Shown here in pieces: positions 19,103 to 30,100 of a DNA stretch of 48,803 nucleotides. The stretch comes from Saprospiraceae bacterium (GTDB taxonomy: Bacteria > Bacteroidota > Bacteroidia > Chitinophagales > Saprospiraceae). The position numbers were made by a program, and so were the translations under genes. Every line of letters starts with the position of its first letter. Within the stretch, counting starts at the first letter, position 1. Where the stretch lies: the NCBI GenBank assembly GCA_013214265.1, contig JABSSK010000002.1, positions 1 through 48,803 of the forward strand, read 5' to 3'. Under the pieces are notes generated by a model. It ran no database searches and was not told the DNA's origin. It worked only from the letters and a program-made list of their open reading frames with translations.

Positions 19103-20425
19103 CTAATCTTTAAAAAACAACCATTTCCCTATATCTTTTAGCTTGACTTTCTTGCCGTACATTAAGATACCTACGCGATAGATACGCCCGGATAGCCAAA
19201 CTAAAAACACAGCAGTAGCGAGCATAACCAAAAGCGAAACGATAATTTCCCAGGTTGGTGGCCCAAACGCTAAGCGAGCTGGCATAACAATGGGCGAGAA
19301 TAAAGGAAAAATAGATGACCAAATAGCGAGGTTACTATTGGGTGACTGTATCACCGCGATCATAATATAGAGAGCCAAAATGACGGGTATCGTGATGGGT
19401 ATAGTAAGTGACTGTCCTTCGCCTGTATCATCACCCATGGCCGAGCCAACGGCAGCAAAAAGGGCAGAATAAATGAAGAATCCACCTAGAAAGTAAAGTA
19501 TAAATAAAGGCAAAACCGTCCACCAATTGATAGATGCAATTTCGGTAAGCGCTAAGCTGATCATAGCTTGCGTATCATCAGGATTGAATGTTGATGCTTG
19601 CGTGTCAAGCATTGGACTGTTGGCATCAATCCCAAAGATTAACTGTGCAAGGCCTCCTATTAGAGGAATGAGTATAGCCCAAATGGCGACTTGTGTAAGA
19701 CCTACACCACCTACACCAATAATTTTTCCTAGCATTAATTCAAAGGGGCGAACGGAAGAAATCATCACTTCTACAATTCGGTTTGTTTTTTCTTCCATGA
19801 CAGAGCGCATGACCATAACCCCATAGATGAATACGGTCAGATACATTATAAATCCCATTCCCATTCCCAAAGATGCGGCCACCGCACTGGTGAATCGGGT
19901 TGCATCCTCACCTTTATCAGTTAGTGGTTCGGGTTCTACCTCAATACGTGTTTCTAGGGCTTCCAACTGTCGTCTTTCTAGTTGGAGGGCATCAATTTTA
20001 TAATCCCGAACAGCTTGACCAATTCGCTCCCGGAGTTTTATTTCCAGATCAGGAGATGGCTGGTCATCTGAATAGTAATATGCAGTTAGGCGCTTGGAAT
20101 ATAAATCTTCAATGGTTGGCAGATAAACCAATGCATTGTAATCTGTTTCTGGAAGCTGATCAATCAGTTCCTCTAGAGAACCTGTTTCAAATTTGAAATA
20201 TAAATTTTGATCATCCTTAAAGGCTCCATTGAGCATATTGCCTTCGTCAAGGATGGCTATTTTCATGGATTTGTCACCCTGATATTGAAAGATTAAACAA
20301 ACAATTACAAACAAAAGGGCAAAAGCTAAGGGCGTAAGTAATGTGGCTAAGATAAAAGACTTGCGGGTAACACGACTCAGATATTCCCGACGAATGATGA
20401 GTGATAATTTGGTGAATTGTATCAT
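19103..20425 (-). CDS. ABC-2-type transporter permease (NatB-like)
   Basis: N-terminal TM helix, a large extracytoplasmic loop, then five or more C-terminal TM helices. It lies 11 bp downstream of the ATPase gene. Confidence 0.8.
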   Translation of the reverse strand: MIQFTKLSLIIRREYLSRVTRKSFILATLLTPLAFALLFVIVCLIFQYQGDKSMKIAILDEGNMLNGAFKDDQNLYFKFETGSLEELIDQLPETDYNALVYLPTIEDLYSKRLTAYYYSDDQPSPDLEIKLRERIGQAVRDYKIDALQLERRQLEALETRIEVEPEPLTDKGEDATRFTSAVAASLGMGMGFIMYLTVFIYGVMVMRSVMEEKTNRIVEVMISSVRPFELMLGKIIGVGGVGLTQVAIWAILIPLIGGLAQLIFGIDANSPMLDTQASTFNPDDTQAMISLALTEIASINWWTVLPLFILYFLGGFFIYSALFAAVGSAMGDDTGEGQSLTIPITIPVILALYIMIAVIQSPNSNLAIWSSIFPLFSPIVMPARLAFGPPTWEIIVSLLVMLATAVFLVWLSGRIYRVGILMYGKKVKLKDIGKWLFFKD

Positions 20426-20436
20426 GATAGAGGAGC

Positions 20437-21360
20437 TTAAAAGGATTCGGGTAATGCGGTGTTAGATTCGCCAACTTGGCGGATGAAAATATCGTTCAGT
20501 GAGGGTAAAATTTCTTTGAAAGAACGAATATGCACTTGATGATGAACTAAATATCGGAGTACATCCATACCATCAGCGTCTTGGGGTAGTTGGATAGTTA
20601 CCACACTATCGCTTTGCGAAATAACAGAATACTGTTGCGTAAAATCACTTGGTAGGGTACCTGTAAAATTGACTTCAAATTGATTCTTCTTGAAGGTGTT
20701 TTTGATGTCAGTTACTTTCCCCTGCAAGATGTTCTTACCCTGATTGATGAGTACGATTTCTTCGCAGATAGCTTCAACTTGTTCCATGCGGTGGGTAGAA
20801 AAAATGATGCTGGTACCTTGGTTCCTTAAATTATGGATTTCATCCTTGATTAGATTCGTATTGATAGGATCTAGCCCAGAGAATGGTTCGTCAAGGATTA
20901 GTAATTTGGGTTTATGCATAACCGTTGCAATGAACTGAATTTTCTGCTGCATCCCCTTGCTGAGCTCTTCTACTTTTTTTGACCACCAGTCGGTGATTTC
21001 GAATTTTTCGAGCCAATAGTCAATTTGCTCGCGGGCAAACGCTTTATCTAGTCCGCGGAGTCTGGCCAGATAAATAAGGTGATCACCGACTTTCATTCTT
21101 TTGTAGAGCCCTCTTTCTTCGGGCATATATCCTATTGCTTGGGGATGGCGGCCGTCTAGTTTTTTACCGTTTAAGTAAACATGGCCCGCATCGGCCCGGG
21201 TAATAGCGGTAACAATTCGGATGAGTGAAGTTTTTCCCGCTCCGTTGGGACCTAGCAAGCCAAATAATGTTGCAGGAGGAACATCAAAACTAACCTGATC
21301 AACCGCTAAGTGGTTGCTATATCTTTTAACCACATTTTCCAGCTTTAGCACGGCTTCCAT
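20437..21360 (-). CDS. ABC transporter ATP-binding protein (NatA-like)
   Basis: Walker A GPNGAGKTS, signature LSKGMQQK, Walker B LLILDEP, H-loop STHRM. Confidence 0.9.
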   Translation of the reverse strand: MEAVLKLENVVKRYSNHLAVDQVSFDVPPATLFGLLGPNGAGKTSLIRIVTAITRADAGHVYLNGKKLDGRHPQAIGYMPEERGLYKRMKVGDHLIYLARLRGLDKAFAREQIDYWLEKFEITDWWSKKVEELSKGMQQKIQFIATVMHKPKLLILDEPFSGLDPINTNLIKDEIHNLRNQGTSIIFSTHRMEQVEAICEEIVLINQGKNILQGKVTDIKNTFKKNQFEVNFTGTLPSDFTQQYSVISQSDSVVTIQLPQDADGMDVLRYLVHHQVHIRSFKEILPSLNDIFIRQVGESNTALPESF

Positions 21361-21557
21361 AATCGTCTTTTCTTATTTATTTTTTGGATAGCCCAAAAGT
21401 AGTTATCTGTAGATGAATTACCTTTTTTTTTCGTCTAAAGATGTTAAGTTCTCGAATTATAAACCCAAAGGTGATTTGTCCGTAAATCTTTATTTTAAGG
21501 GCACGTTGTTACTTTTCTTGAGAACGTCGTCATAAGGACGCACATAATGGATACAAA

Positions 21558-22241
21558 ATGAAAAGAATCATAAGTACAATATGCTCTTTGTTATTGGTGG
21601 CCGGAACCATGGCTGCCCAGGAAAAAGAAAGGACCATTGAAGAAGAAGTTCGGATCATGGATTTGGGGGCAGAAAATGCTTTCACGATCACTATGGAAGA
21701 AATGGACCCAATCCTAGTGGCGGAGGTTTGGAGGTCCTATGTTCGTGCTAATTTTAAAAGTGGCACCAGACTTTTGCGTAACGATACTGAGTTTATTTCA
21801 GAAAATGCTAAAGTAAGATTAGTGACTGGCTTCCCTGTCCATTTGATCGCGCAAATTACCGAATTAGGGCCCAGGGTTGACTTTTCCATTTGGATTGATC
21901 TTCAGGGTGCGTATTTGTCGTCGGATGCACATCCGGAGCAAGCAGAGGAGGTCATTTTTATCTTAAGGGATTTCGCGGTTCAGGTTGAGCGCATAAAAAT
22001 TGAGGAAAGATTGAAAGAGGAAGAACGTATACTAGCAAAAATGGAACGTCAGTTATATCGCTTGGAGCGTGCCAAACAGCGTTATGATCATGAGGTAGGA
22101 ACAGCTGAGGAACGCAGGGTGATAAAAATGAAGTCCAATATTGACGAGAACACATTGGAGCAGGAAGTGACCGCCAAGGAAATTGCTGCTCAGCAAAAGA
22201 TAGTAGCAGAGATTCGACGTCAGCTTATGACCGTAAATTAG
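21558..22241 (+). CDS. Secreted hypothetical protein with C-terminal coiled coil
   Basis: Signal peptide (LLLVAGTMAAQ). The C-terminal third is a charged heptad-like sequence (IKIEERLKEEERILAKMERQLYRLERAKQRY). Confidence 0.55.
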   Translation: MKRIISTICSLLLVAGTMAAQEKERTIEEEVRIMDLGAENAFTITMEEMDPILVAEVWRSYVRANFKSGTRLLRNDTEFISENAKVRLVTGFPVHLIAQITELGPRVDFSIWIDLQGAYLSSDAHPEQAEEVIFILRDFAVQVERIKIEERLKEEERILAKMERQLYRLERAKQRYDHEVGTAEERRVIKMKSNIDENTLEQEVTAKEIAAQQKIVAEIRRQLMTVN

Positions 22242-22306
22242 GATGTCACATAAAACTGTGGATAAGTAAAGCCAAAAATTGGCTGGTTATTTCAAGGAAA
22301 TACTCC

Positions 22307-22314
22307 TATGTTTG
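22307..22314 (+). promoter_or_regulatory. Candidate Bacteroidota -7 promoter box (TATGTTTG) upstream of dnaB
   Basis: Exact match to the TAnnTTTG consensus, 34 bp upstream of the dnaB ATG. The only upstream TTG (22279..22281) sits at a longer-than-typical spacing. Confidence 0.3.
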
Positions 22315-22347
22315 TAGAACCTTCTTTGTATTATTCCACATATTTCT

Positions 22348-23868
22348 ATGTCAGATCCTAAACAGTCAAAGTCCACAAAGAGAAACCTCGTTTCCCGCCG
22401 TAACCGAACGGAGGAATTGTCGGATTTCGTATTTGGGAAAGTTCCACCACAGGCGATTCCTTTAGAAGAGGCCGTACTTGGTGCTTTGATGTTGGATCGG
22501 GATGCCATGTCAAATGTCTTAGATATTCTTCAGCCAGAGAGTTTCTATCTCGAGGCACATAAGCTTGTTTACAAGGCGATTCTGAGATTGTTTGAACGTT
22601 CCAAGCCAGTGGATTTGCTGACGGTATCACAGGAGCTACGACAAACGGGAGAACTGGAAGCAGCTGGAGGACCAGCGTATATAGTTTCGCTAACAGAGAA
22701 AATTGCTTCTTCTGCCAACATAGAATATCACGCCAGAATTGTAGCGCAGAAGTATATTCAACGGGAGCTTATTTCGGTTTCCAACAAGATTATTCGTGAT
22801 GCCTATGAAGATACTACCGATGTTTTTGATCTGTTAGATACAGCGGAACAAGGACTCTTTGATATCGCTGAGAAGAATATGAGCCGTAGCTACGAGACTA
22901 TGGGCTCACTGGCTACTAAGGCCTTGAAGCAGCTGGAAGAATTGAAAAACCGAGAGGATGGACTGACTGGTGTTCCTACTGGTTTTACAGATATTGACCG
23001 CCTTACTTCGGGGTGGCAGCCTTCTGACTTGATTATTCTTGCTGCTCGACCGGGTATGGGAAAAACATCTTTTGTGCTTTCCCTAGCTCGTAATGCTGCG
23101 GCTGAATTTCAGCGGGGGGTAGCTATCTTCTCTTTGGAAATGTCAGCACTGCAGCTAGCCCAACGGATAATTTCAATGGAGGCAGAAGTGTCCTCCCAGA
23201 AATTGAGAAATGGGCAGCTCGAAGACTATGAGTGGCAACAGTTACAATCGGCGATTGAACGTATTAGCGAAGCCCCTATTTACATTGATGATACTCCAGG
23301 TATAAATATCTTCGAAATTCGTGCCAAGTGTCGGCGACTCAAGATGCAACACGATATTCAATTAGTCATAATTGATTACTTGCAACTTATGAGTGGAGGA
23401 GGCGAAAATGCTAAAGGTAATCGAGAACAGGAAGTAAGTGCGATTTCGCGTGCGCTAAAAATGCTAGCAAAGGAACTTAATGTTCCAGTAATTGCCCTCT
23501 CGCAGTTGAGCCGAGCCGTAGAAGTACGGGGTGGATCAAAAAGGCCTCAGCTGTCAGACTTACGAGAGTCGGGCTCAATTGAGCAGGATGCCGATATGGT
23601 GTCTTTTATCTATCGTCCGGAATATTATCAAATTCTGGAGGATGAAGAAGGGCAATCCTTAAAAGGGATTGCTGAACTGATTATTGCTAAAAACCGTCAT
23701 GGTGCGTTAGATACCATCAAAATGCGCTTTACGGCTGATTTTGCGAGATTCTCCGATCTTGATGACCCCGATTTTGGTTCCTTACCAGAAGACACATTTG
23801 ACAATCCCTATTCTAATGTTATAACTCGATCATCGAAGATGAACGAGGACGAAGATATTCCATTTTAA
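22348..23868 (+). CDS. dnaB: Replicative DNA helicase
   Basis: N-terminal DnaB domain (PPQAIPLEEAVLGALMLD). Walker A ARPGMGKTSF, Walker B LVIIDYLQLM, and SQLSRAVE. No intein is present. Confidence 0.95.
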   Translation: MSDPKQSKSTKRNLVSRRNRTEELSDFVFGKVPPQAIPLEEAVLGALMLDRDAMSNVLDILQPESFYLEAHKLVYKAILRLFERSKPVDLLTVSQELRQTGELEAAGGPAYIVSLTEKIASSANIEYHARIVAQKYIQRELISVSNKIIRDAYEDTTDVFDLLDTAEQGLFDIAEKNMSRSYETMGSLATKALKQLEELKNREDGLTGVPTGFTDIDRLTSGWQPSDLIILAARPGMGKTSFVLSLARNAAAEFQRGVAIFSLEMSALQLAQRIISMEAEVSSQKLRNGQLEDYEWQQLQSAIERISEAPIYIDDTPGINIFEIRAKCRRLKMQHDIQLVIIDYLQLMSGGGENAKGNREQEVSAISRALKMLAKELNVPVIALSQLSRAVEVRGGSKRPQLSDLRESGSIEQDADMVSFIYRPEYYQILEDEEGQSLKGIAELIIAKNRHGALDTIKMRFTADFARFSDLDDPDFGSLPEDTFDNPYSNVITRSSKMNEDEDIPF

Positions 23869-23946
23869 AAGGTACGCATTTTAGAAGAGGCGATAAGCCT
23901 CCGATCGTACTGTATTCTTCATTTCCAGTCAATTAATAAGCGTGCT

Positions 23947-24801
23947 ATGGCCAAAAAGCGACCACATAGGAAAGGAACGAGTAAAACTGGAAAGTCAGAA
24001 AGAAGGCAGAGCAACTCAGCTCGAAGGCCAATGCTCGGCTCCGAAAAAGTTAAAGAGAATAGCGAAGAAGTTGGTATGCGGCTCAATAAATATGTAGCCC
24101 ATTGTGGCGTTTGTTCACGCCGTCAAGCCGCAGATCATATAAAAAACGGACTCGTTGAGGTCAATGAAAAAACGGTGCTGGAGCCTTTCTATCAGGTTCA
24201 GGTTGGGGATATCATTTCATTTAAAGGAACACCCATTAAGCCGGAAATTCGAAAGGTGTATTTCCTGATGAATAAGCCTAAAAATACGATCACCACCACT
24301 AGTGACGAAAAGGGAAGAAAAACAGTAATGGACATTATAAAAAGTAAAGTGCCAGAGCGTGTTTTTCCCGTCGGACGACTAGATCGAATGACTACCGGCT
24401 TGTTGCTTTTAACGAATGATGGGGATTTAGCACAAAAGATGATGCACCCCAGCTATAGTATGAAGAAAATCTATCATGTTCATCTGGATCAACCGGTAGC
24501 AAGTCAAGATATTGAGGCCATCCGTAAAGGTTTTGTGTTAGACGATGGTCACGTCCAAGTAGATGAAGTTGGATATCTGGAAGGCATGCCGGGCAAGCGT
24601 GATGTAGGTGTTACTATTCATATTGGACGTAACCGTATAGTGCGGCGAATTTTTGAGCATTTTGGTTATCAGGTTGAGCGACTGGATCGAGTTTACCTAG
24701 GTGGACTTACTAAAAAAGACCTACCTAGGGGGTTCGTCCGGCCACTAAAGCAGCAGGAGGTAATTATGCTTAAGCACTTTTCAGGAAAAAGCAAAAGCTA
24801 A
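23947..24801 (+). CDS. rluB: RluB/RsuA-family pseudouridine synthase with basic N-terminal tail and S4 domain
   Basis: S4 domain (MRLNKYVAHCGVCSRRQA). Catalytic Asp motif GRLDRMTTGLLLLTNDG. Confidence 0.8.
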   Translation: MAKKRPHRKGTSKTGKSERRQSNSARRPMLGSEKVKENSEEVGMRLNKYVAHCGVCSRRQAADHIKNGLVEVNEKTVLEPFYQVQVGDIISFKGTPIKPEIRKVYFLMNKPKNTITTTSDEKGRKTVMDIIKSKVPERVFPVGRLDRMTTGLLLLTNDGDLAQKMMHPSYSMKKIYHVHLDQPVASQDIEAIRKGFVLDDGHVQVDEVGYLEGMPGKRDVGVTIHIGRNRIVRRIFEHFGYQVERLDRVYLGGLTKKDLPRGFVRPLKQQEVIMLKHFSGKSKS

Positions 24802-26145
24802 TTACCGAATGAGGCCCCCGGTTAGTCGCAACAACTCAATCTCTGTTTGTTTGATACTAAAGATGGCATTTAATCGGTTCTGAGCTGCACTCTGATAGGT
24901 TAGCTGGATGGTTCGGTAATCGAATGAATTTATTAATCCACCTTTGAATCGCTCCGCAGCTATTTCTATATTTTGGGATGCGTTCTGTAGTAATTGATCC
25001 TGAATATCTAGCAAACGTTTTTGGTTTTGATAGGTCAGAAATGCATTATGGAGTTGTGCATCCAGGTTGAGTTTCAGGTCATCAATTTGATTTTGGGTGT
25101 TTATTACCTGCAGTTCGGCATTATCTTCATTGATTTTCCGAAGGCCCCAGTCGAACAAAGTATAGCTCACCGTAAAGTTGATCCCAAAGTTAAGTGTCTT
25201 TGCTGCTAAGGCTTGAATTTGGCGGGTTTCTCCAGTTGAGGTTGTGCCTTCACCTGAGGATAAACTCCAGTCGTAATTAGCCAATGCATTGAATCCCACA
25301 GTTGGATATCTATTGGCTTTTGTTATTTGTGTATTTGTTTCAGCAAGTGCTTTGGATAGATAAATATCTTTAAGCTGACGATTAGCATCCAGCATTTTTT
25401 GACGTAGCTGGTCTAAATGGTATGGATTGGAGGGAGCCTCCAGAATATCAGTCAGTAGAAAAGGAAGATTGGTTTCCGTTAGTCCCATTGCTAGTATGAG
25501 GTTGCGCAGGGCTATGTCGGCGTTGGTCTTCTGTAATAGATATGTGGTGGAATCATTGAGAAAGGCATCCTGAGCTTGTAGGTAGTCAAAACGACCAGTT
25601 TGACCGAATTCTTGACGTGCTTCTTCATAAGCCAAACGGTCGCGTGAGAGGTCTAGCAAATTTTTGAGAACAGAGACTTGTTCTTTTTGCAGCAGAGCCT
25701 GATAATAGGCCAACATGATTTCTTGAATAGTTGCTTCGACGGCGAGCGATAATTGCTGTTCACTTTGTAATTCTAATTGCTCCAGCCTTTGTTTGTTGTA
25801 TTTGATCCGGTACCCATCAAATAAAATAAGATTAGCATTTACACTAGGTGTAAAACCTGTACTGAAAGAATACAATTCCGGAATGAAAGAAATGGGATTG
25901 TTTACGCTACGGAAGCCATTCTGATTATTGAGGTTGAGGCTAACTGTTGGATATTTACCAGCAATGACCCAGTCATTATTATTTTCGGCTGCCGTAAAAT
26001 TAGTTTCAGCAATCCGAATCTGATAGCTCTTCTCCAAACCAATTTGTATCGCCTCGGATAGGGAAAGAGGCTGCTGCGCTTGCGCAAATCCGAGCCAGAA
26101 CAATACTGGCAAAAATGAAGAGGATATATATTTTAGTTTGATCAT
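24802..26145 (-). CDS. TolC-family outer-membrane efflux protein
   Basis: Signal peptide. Two tandem OEP repeats with coiled-coil heptads. It is the last gene of the RND cluster. Confidence 0.85.
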   Translation of the reverse strand: MIKLKYISSSFLPVLFWLGFAQAQQPLSLSEAIQIGLEKSYQIRIAETNFTAAENNNDWVIAGKYPTVSLNLNNQNGFRSVNNPISFIPELYSFSTGFTPSVNANLILFDGYRIKYNKQRLEQLELQSEQQLSLAVEATIQEIMLAYYQALLQKEQVSVLKNLLDLSRDRLAYEEARQEFGQTGRFDYLQAQDAFLNDSTTYLLQKTNADIALRNLILAMGLTETNLPFLLTDILEAPSNPYHLDQLRQKMLDANRQLKDIYLSKALAETNTQITKANRYPTVGFNALANYDWSLSSGEGTTSTGETRQIQALAAKTLNFGINFTVSYTLFDWGLRKINEDNAELQVINTQNQIDDLKLNLDAQLHNAFLTYQNQKRLLDIQDQLLQNASQNIEIAAERFKGGLINSFDYRTIQLTYQSAAQNRLNAIFSIKQTEIELLRLTGGLIR

Positions 26146-26159
26146 GGCACGAATAAAAT

Positions 26160-26570
26160 TTAGTCGACATCGAAAATCTTTCGCTCGAAGATGAAGCGCT
26201 TGGTATAGAAATTATAAAAGAATATTAAACCTGTTGCCAGAATTTTAGTGAGGTACTGCCTTTCGGAAAAAAAGATGTTTTGGTTCAAAAGATAAATGAT
26301 TCCTGTGCTGATTAGCAAGCCGATTAAAGAAGCTGAAACAGACAAAATAAATGCTTGGCGTGCGGACCCTTTTAGGTTAAATACAAACCGCTTTTGCATA
26401 AGGAAATTAGCTATAACAGCAATGGAATAGGAAATCAGATTCGATATGACTGGTGAAAAAACATGGGTTACAAGTACCATGTATAGAATGTAATCTAATG
26501 AGGTTGCTACCAGTCCTGAGGCTGCAAATCTAGCTTTTAGAAAGATTAATTTTTTCAGATGATCAATCAA
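26160..26570 (-). CDS. GtrA-family membrane protein
   Basis: Four TM helices in 136 aa with a KRFIF-type C-terminal end. TTG start overlaps the upstream stop by 4 nt. Confidence 0.7.
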   Translation of the reverse strand: MIDHLKKLIFLKARFAASGLVATSLDYILYMVLVTHVFSPVISNLISYSIAVIANFLMQKRFVFNLKGSARQAFILSVSASLIGLLISTGIIYLLNQNIFFSERQYLTKILATGLIFFYNFYTKRFIFERKIFDVD

Positions 26571-27106
26571 TGCGTATCGATTTGTTGGTTAAAGAATGTT
26601 TGTATTTCTAACCAATCATTTACGCGGGTAAATCGATTTTCATCCAGATTATGAGAAGCAGAAAACAAAAGACCTTTTCCTTGGAATGTCTCTAAGTTGA
26701 AAACGTGATCGTCAATTAAATAATCGGCTAAAATGATACTCTTATCTCCACAAAAAACATAATTTTTCCAATGGATAAACGGGAAGTGTTTCTGTAGCCA
26801 ATCATGTTTGTCAGGCAATGCGTTTCGGAACTCCTGAGCCGCAGTTACAATGTAAATTTCGTAATGCTCGTGCAAATTACGCAGAACCTCCTGGCTGTGT
26901 GGCATGACGGGTAAATCGGCAAAGAAGCCTGGGTCATGAAGTTTTTTTCTAATATTTTCTCCACCTGGCAGGTGATAGACCTTTTTCCCGTGCAGTTCTG
27001 TATCCGTTGGACGATAGTTGTTCTGTTCCTCGAATATATCAAGGAATTTAGGAACAACCCGGGCAATAACTTCGTCCATATCAACTGCTATCCTCTTTTT
27101 AGGCAT
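26567..27106 (-). CDS. 5'(3')-deoxyribonucleotidase (HAD superfamily, NT5C family)
   Basis: HAD motif I as DMDEV near the N-terminus. About 180 aa, with FCGDKS and DD motifs typical of NT5C-family proteins. Confidence 0.7.
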   Translation of the reverse strand: MPKKRIAVDMDEVIARVVPKFLDIFEEQNNYRPTDTELHGKKVYHLPGGENIRKKLHDPGFFADLPVMPHSQEVLRNLHEHYEIYIVTAAQEFRNALPDKHDWLQKHFPFIHWKNYVFCGDKSIILADYLIDDHVFNLETFQGKGLLFSASHNLDENRFTRVNDWLEIQTFFNQQIDTH

Positions 27107-27112
27107 AATGTT

Positions 27113-30100
27113 TTAAGTTAATAGTGCTACAATTTGATTTCCGAAGAAGCTAAATGCCAAAGCAATTCCAATAACTACAAAAAAGGCATACCACAGATAT
27201 TCATAGCTTGTATCTTGGCGTATTGCTGCTTCAACCGCCTCATTGGAGGGTCGTACGCCATTCCAAAGCCAAGAAGCGTATACTTTAAACCTATTGGCTA
27301 CAATCAAAAAGACGGGTAATAACAATAGGTTGACAACCGTAACTGCTAATAAGCCGTACGATACAGAGATCGCCATTGGAATTAAGAATTGTGCCTGAAG
27401 TGATTTTTCAAATAGCAGTGGTGCAAGGCCAGCAAAGGTAGTAAATGTAGTAAGGACTATCGGGCGGAATCGGGAAGAACCCGCCAGAAAGACGGCTTCC
27501 ATTTGGGATTTATCTTCTTCTAAATAGCTATTATAGGTCGTCACTAAGACCAATGAATCATTGACTAATACGCCGATCAATGCGATGACGCCCAAGATAG
27601 AGAATAAGCTAATCGGAGCGTTCATTAGCCAGTGGCCCCACCCTACGCCAATTATGGAAAAAGGAATTAAAAGAAAAACAACCAATGATTGGCTCACGGA
27701 TCTAAAAGTAAGCGCCACAGAGAAGAACATAAGGGCCAGAATTATGATACCTACGCTTTGTATGGATTGAGTTGATTTTTCTTGTTCTCGGTTTTGGCCT
27801 TCGTATAGTGCCGAGACAGAAGGGTAGTTAGCCAGGACTTCTGGAATGATAACTTCTTTCAAGTTGCTGGTAATATCACTAACAGATACGTCATCGCTTG
27901 AAATATCTGCCTCCACTTTTATTTCTCGTTTGCCTTCAATATGATTAATACTTACTACGCCTCTTTCACGGTCGAAATTGGCAATCTCTCCTAAAGGGAA
28001 TGATCGGCCATCAGCAAATCGAACACGCATGGTTTCGAGCTCGGTGATATCTGATCTGTTTTCTTGTGCGTAACGTACCCATACCCTTACTTCATCGCGT
28101 CCTCGCTGTAGTCGTTGCGCTTCATTTCCAAAGAAGCCACTTCGGACCTGAGCGAGCACTTCTTGAAGATTAAGTCCTAGGTACCGTCCTTTATCATTAA
28201 GGGAAATATTTATTTCCCGCAGCCCTTCCTGATTATTATCCACTACATCAGCTAGTTCGGTTAACTGATTCATTTCATTCTTTACAGCATTGGTTGCATC
28301 CTTCAGCGCAGCATAATCGTCGCCGACAAGAGAAACGGAAACCGGTTTCCCAAATGTCCCTGCACCACCATAGGTGACGACTTCAGCTGCTTGGATGGAA
28401 CCAGCTTTTTGCCTTATAGCATTTGTGACATCACGCAATCGCAAGGAGTCCCTATTTTCGCCATCTAGGATAGCTATATTCAAACTTCCTTGGTAAGTGG
28501 TAGGTCCCAGATTTTTTTCGATTCGAAGGATAGCTTGTTTCTCATTATTGAAGTACTGTTGGCTAAGTTCTTGGTTAGCTTCCTGTGCTGCTTTTTCAAT
28601 ATGATCGAGCCATTCCATAGTGATATGCTCTCGGGTACCAGCTGGCATTTGGAGTTTGATGTTGAGGTTGTCGCGCTCGATAACGGGGAAGAATGTGCCG
28701 CTTATGATGCCCCCATTGATTGCGCCATATGTCATTGTAAGGAGCCCTATGAAAATGGAAAGGGTTAAGAATTTGTTGTGCATTGCGAAACGCAAGATGG
28801 GTTCATAGGTTTTTGTTCGCAGCCAATTGAGGCCCTGTTCCAATCTTTGTTGGATCCTATTGGCCTGACGATTAGGCTGAAGTGCTTTGGAATGCGCAAC
28901 GTGAGTAGGTAAAATGAACGCACCTTCAATGAGAGAAAACGTCAGAGAAAATATGACGACTATCGCCATCTCAAGGAAGAAATCCCCAAGGCGACCATCA
29001 ATAAAAAAGAAGGTAGAAAATGCAATAACTGTGGTCAGTATAGCTGTAAAAACAGCAGGTAATACCTTCATTGTGCCGTTAACTGCGGCCTCCACTGCAG
29101 TGGCACCTTTCTCGTATTCTTGATAAATACTCTCGCCAATGACAATACCATCATCTACCAGTATACCTACGACTAGGATCATGCCAAATAATGAAATCAC
29201 ATTTATGGTTACACCAAGTAAACTGGCACAAATAAACATGCCACCAAAAGAAATTGGAATAGCAAGTGCCACCCAAAAGGCAAGTCTCCAATGCAAAAAC
29301 ATGGCAAGTAGAATAATGACAATCACAAAACCAAGAATTCCATTTTCCGTGAGTAGGCCAATACGTTGCTTGAGTACAACGGAAGCATCTTCGATGATAA
29401 TTGCTTCCACGCTATTTTCGCGGGTATTAAAGTCTGAAATATATGCCTTTACCATTTCAACAATGGACAGCATGTCTTCTTCTAAGGTATTCTGTACAGT
29501 AACGACAACTGCTGGGCGTCCATTCACAAATGATCGGCTAGGGTTATTTTCTGACCATCGGTCATTAATATCGGCAACCTGATGTAGTCGAATTACAGCT
29601 CCTGCTGCATTGTTTTTTACAATAATATCACGAAAGCCCTCAGCAGTATATGATTTATTGCGTGCTCTCAACAATAGTTCTTCTTGGTCACCTCTGATGG
29701 TTCCTCCGGTAATCTCTAGATTGGCATTACGTACTGCGGAGGCAGCTTGGGTAAATGTAAGGTTATAAGCACGAAGGTCTCTTTCCCGAAATGCAATTTC
29801 AATTTCCTCCTCAGGGAAGCCACTCAATTCCACTTTACTGATGCCTTCCTTAGCGAGTAGATCCTCCTCAATTTTTCGGGCATATATTTTCAACGTTTTC
29901 AGATCGATCTCTCCGGATACAGCAAAATTGATGGCACGGCCTAGATTTTCAAGTTTATAAATGACGGGAGGTTCCATGCCTACCGGAAAGGAAGAAATGC
30001 GATCGACAGCATTTTTTACATCCTGTAAAATGTTATCGGTATCGTAGCCTTTGAATATTTCAACGGTTACGGTTCCACTGTTTTCTCGTGAGACAGAGGT

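Noticed and set aside
19000-19113. 37-codon plus-strand ORF (MVSLETLQCCRHLAGPPVMMLQ...) spanning the hairpin cluster
   Set aside because: It overlaps the stop region of the ABC-2 permease gene and is made up largely of the palindromic hairpin sequences. There is no independent coding evidence.
26567-27106. Deoxyribonucleotidase and GtrA genes considered as a mobile insertion into the RND operon
   Set aside because: I could not see flanking direct or inverted repeats, a transposase, or a spacing discontinuity. It is retained only as an operon-composition observation.
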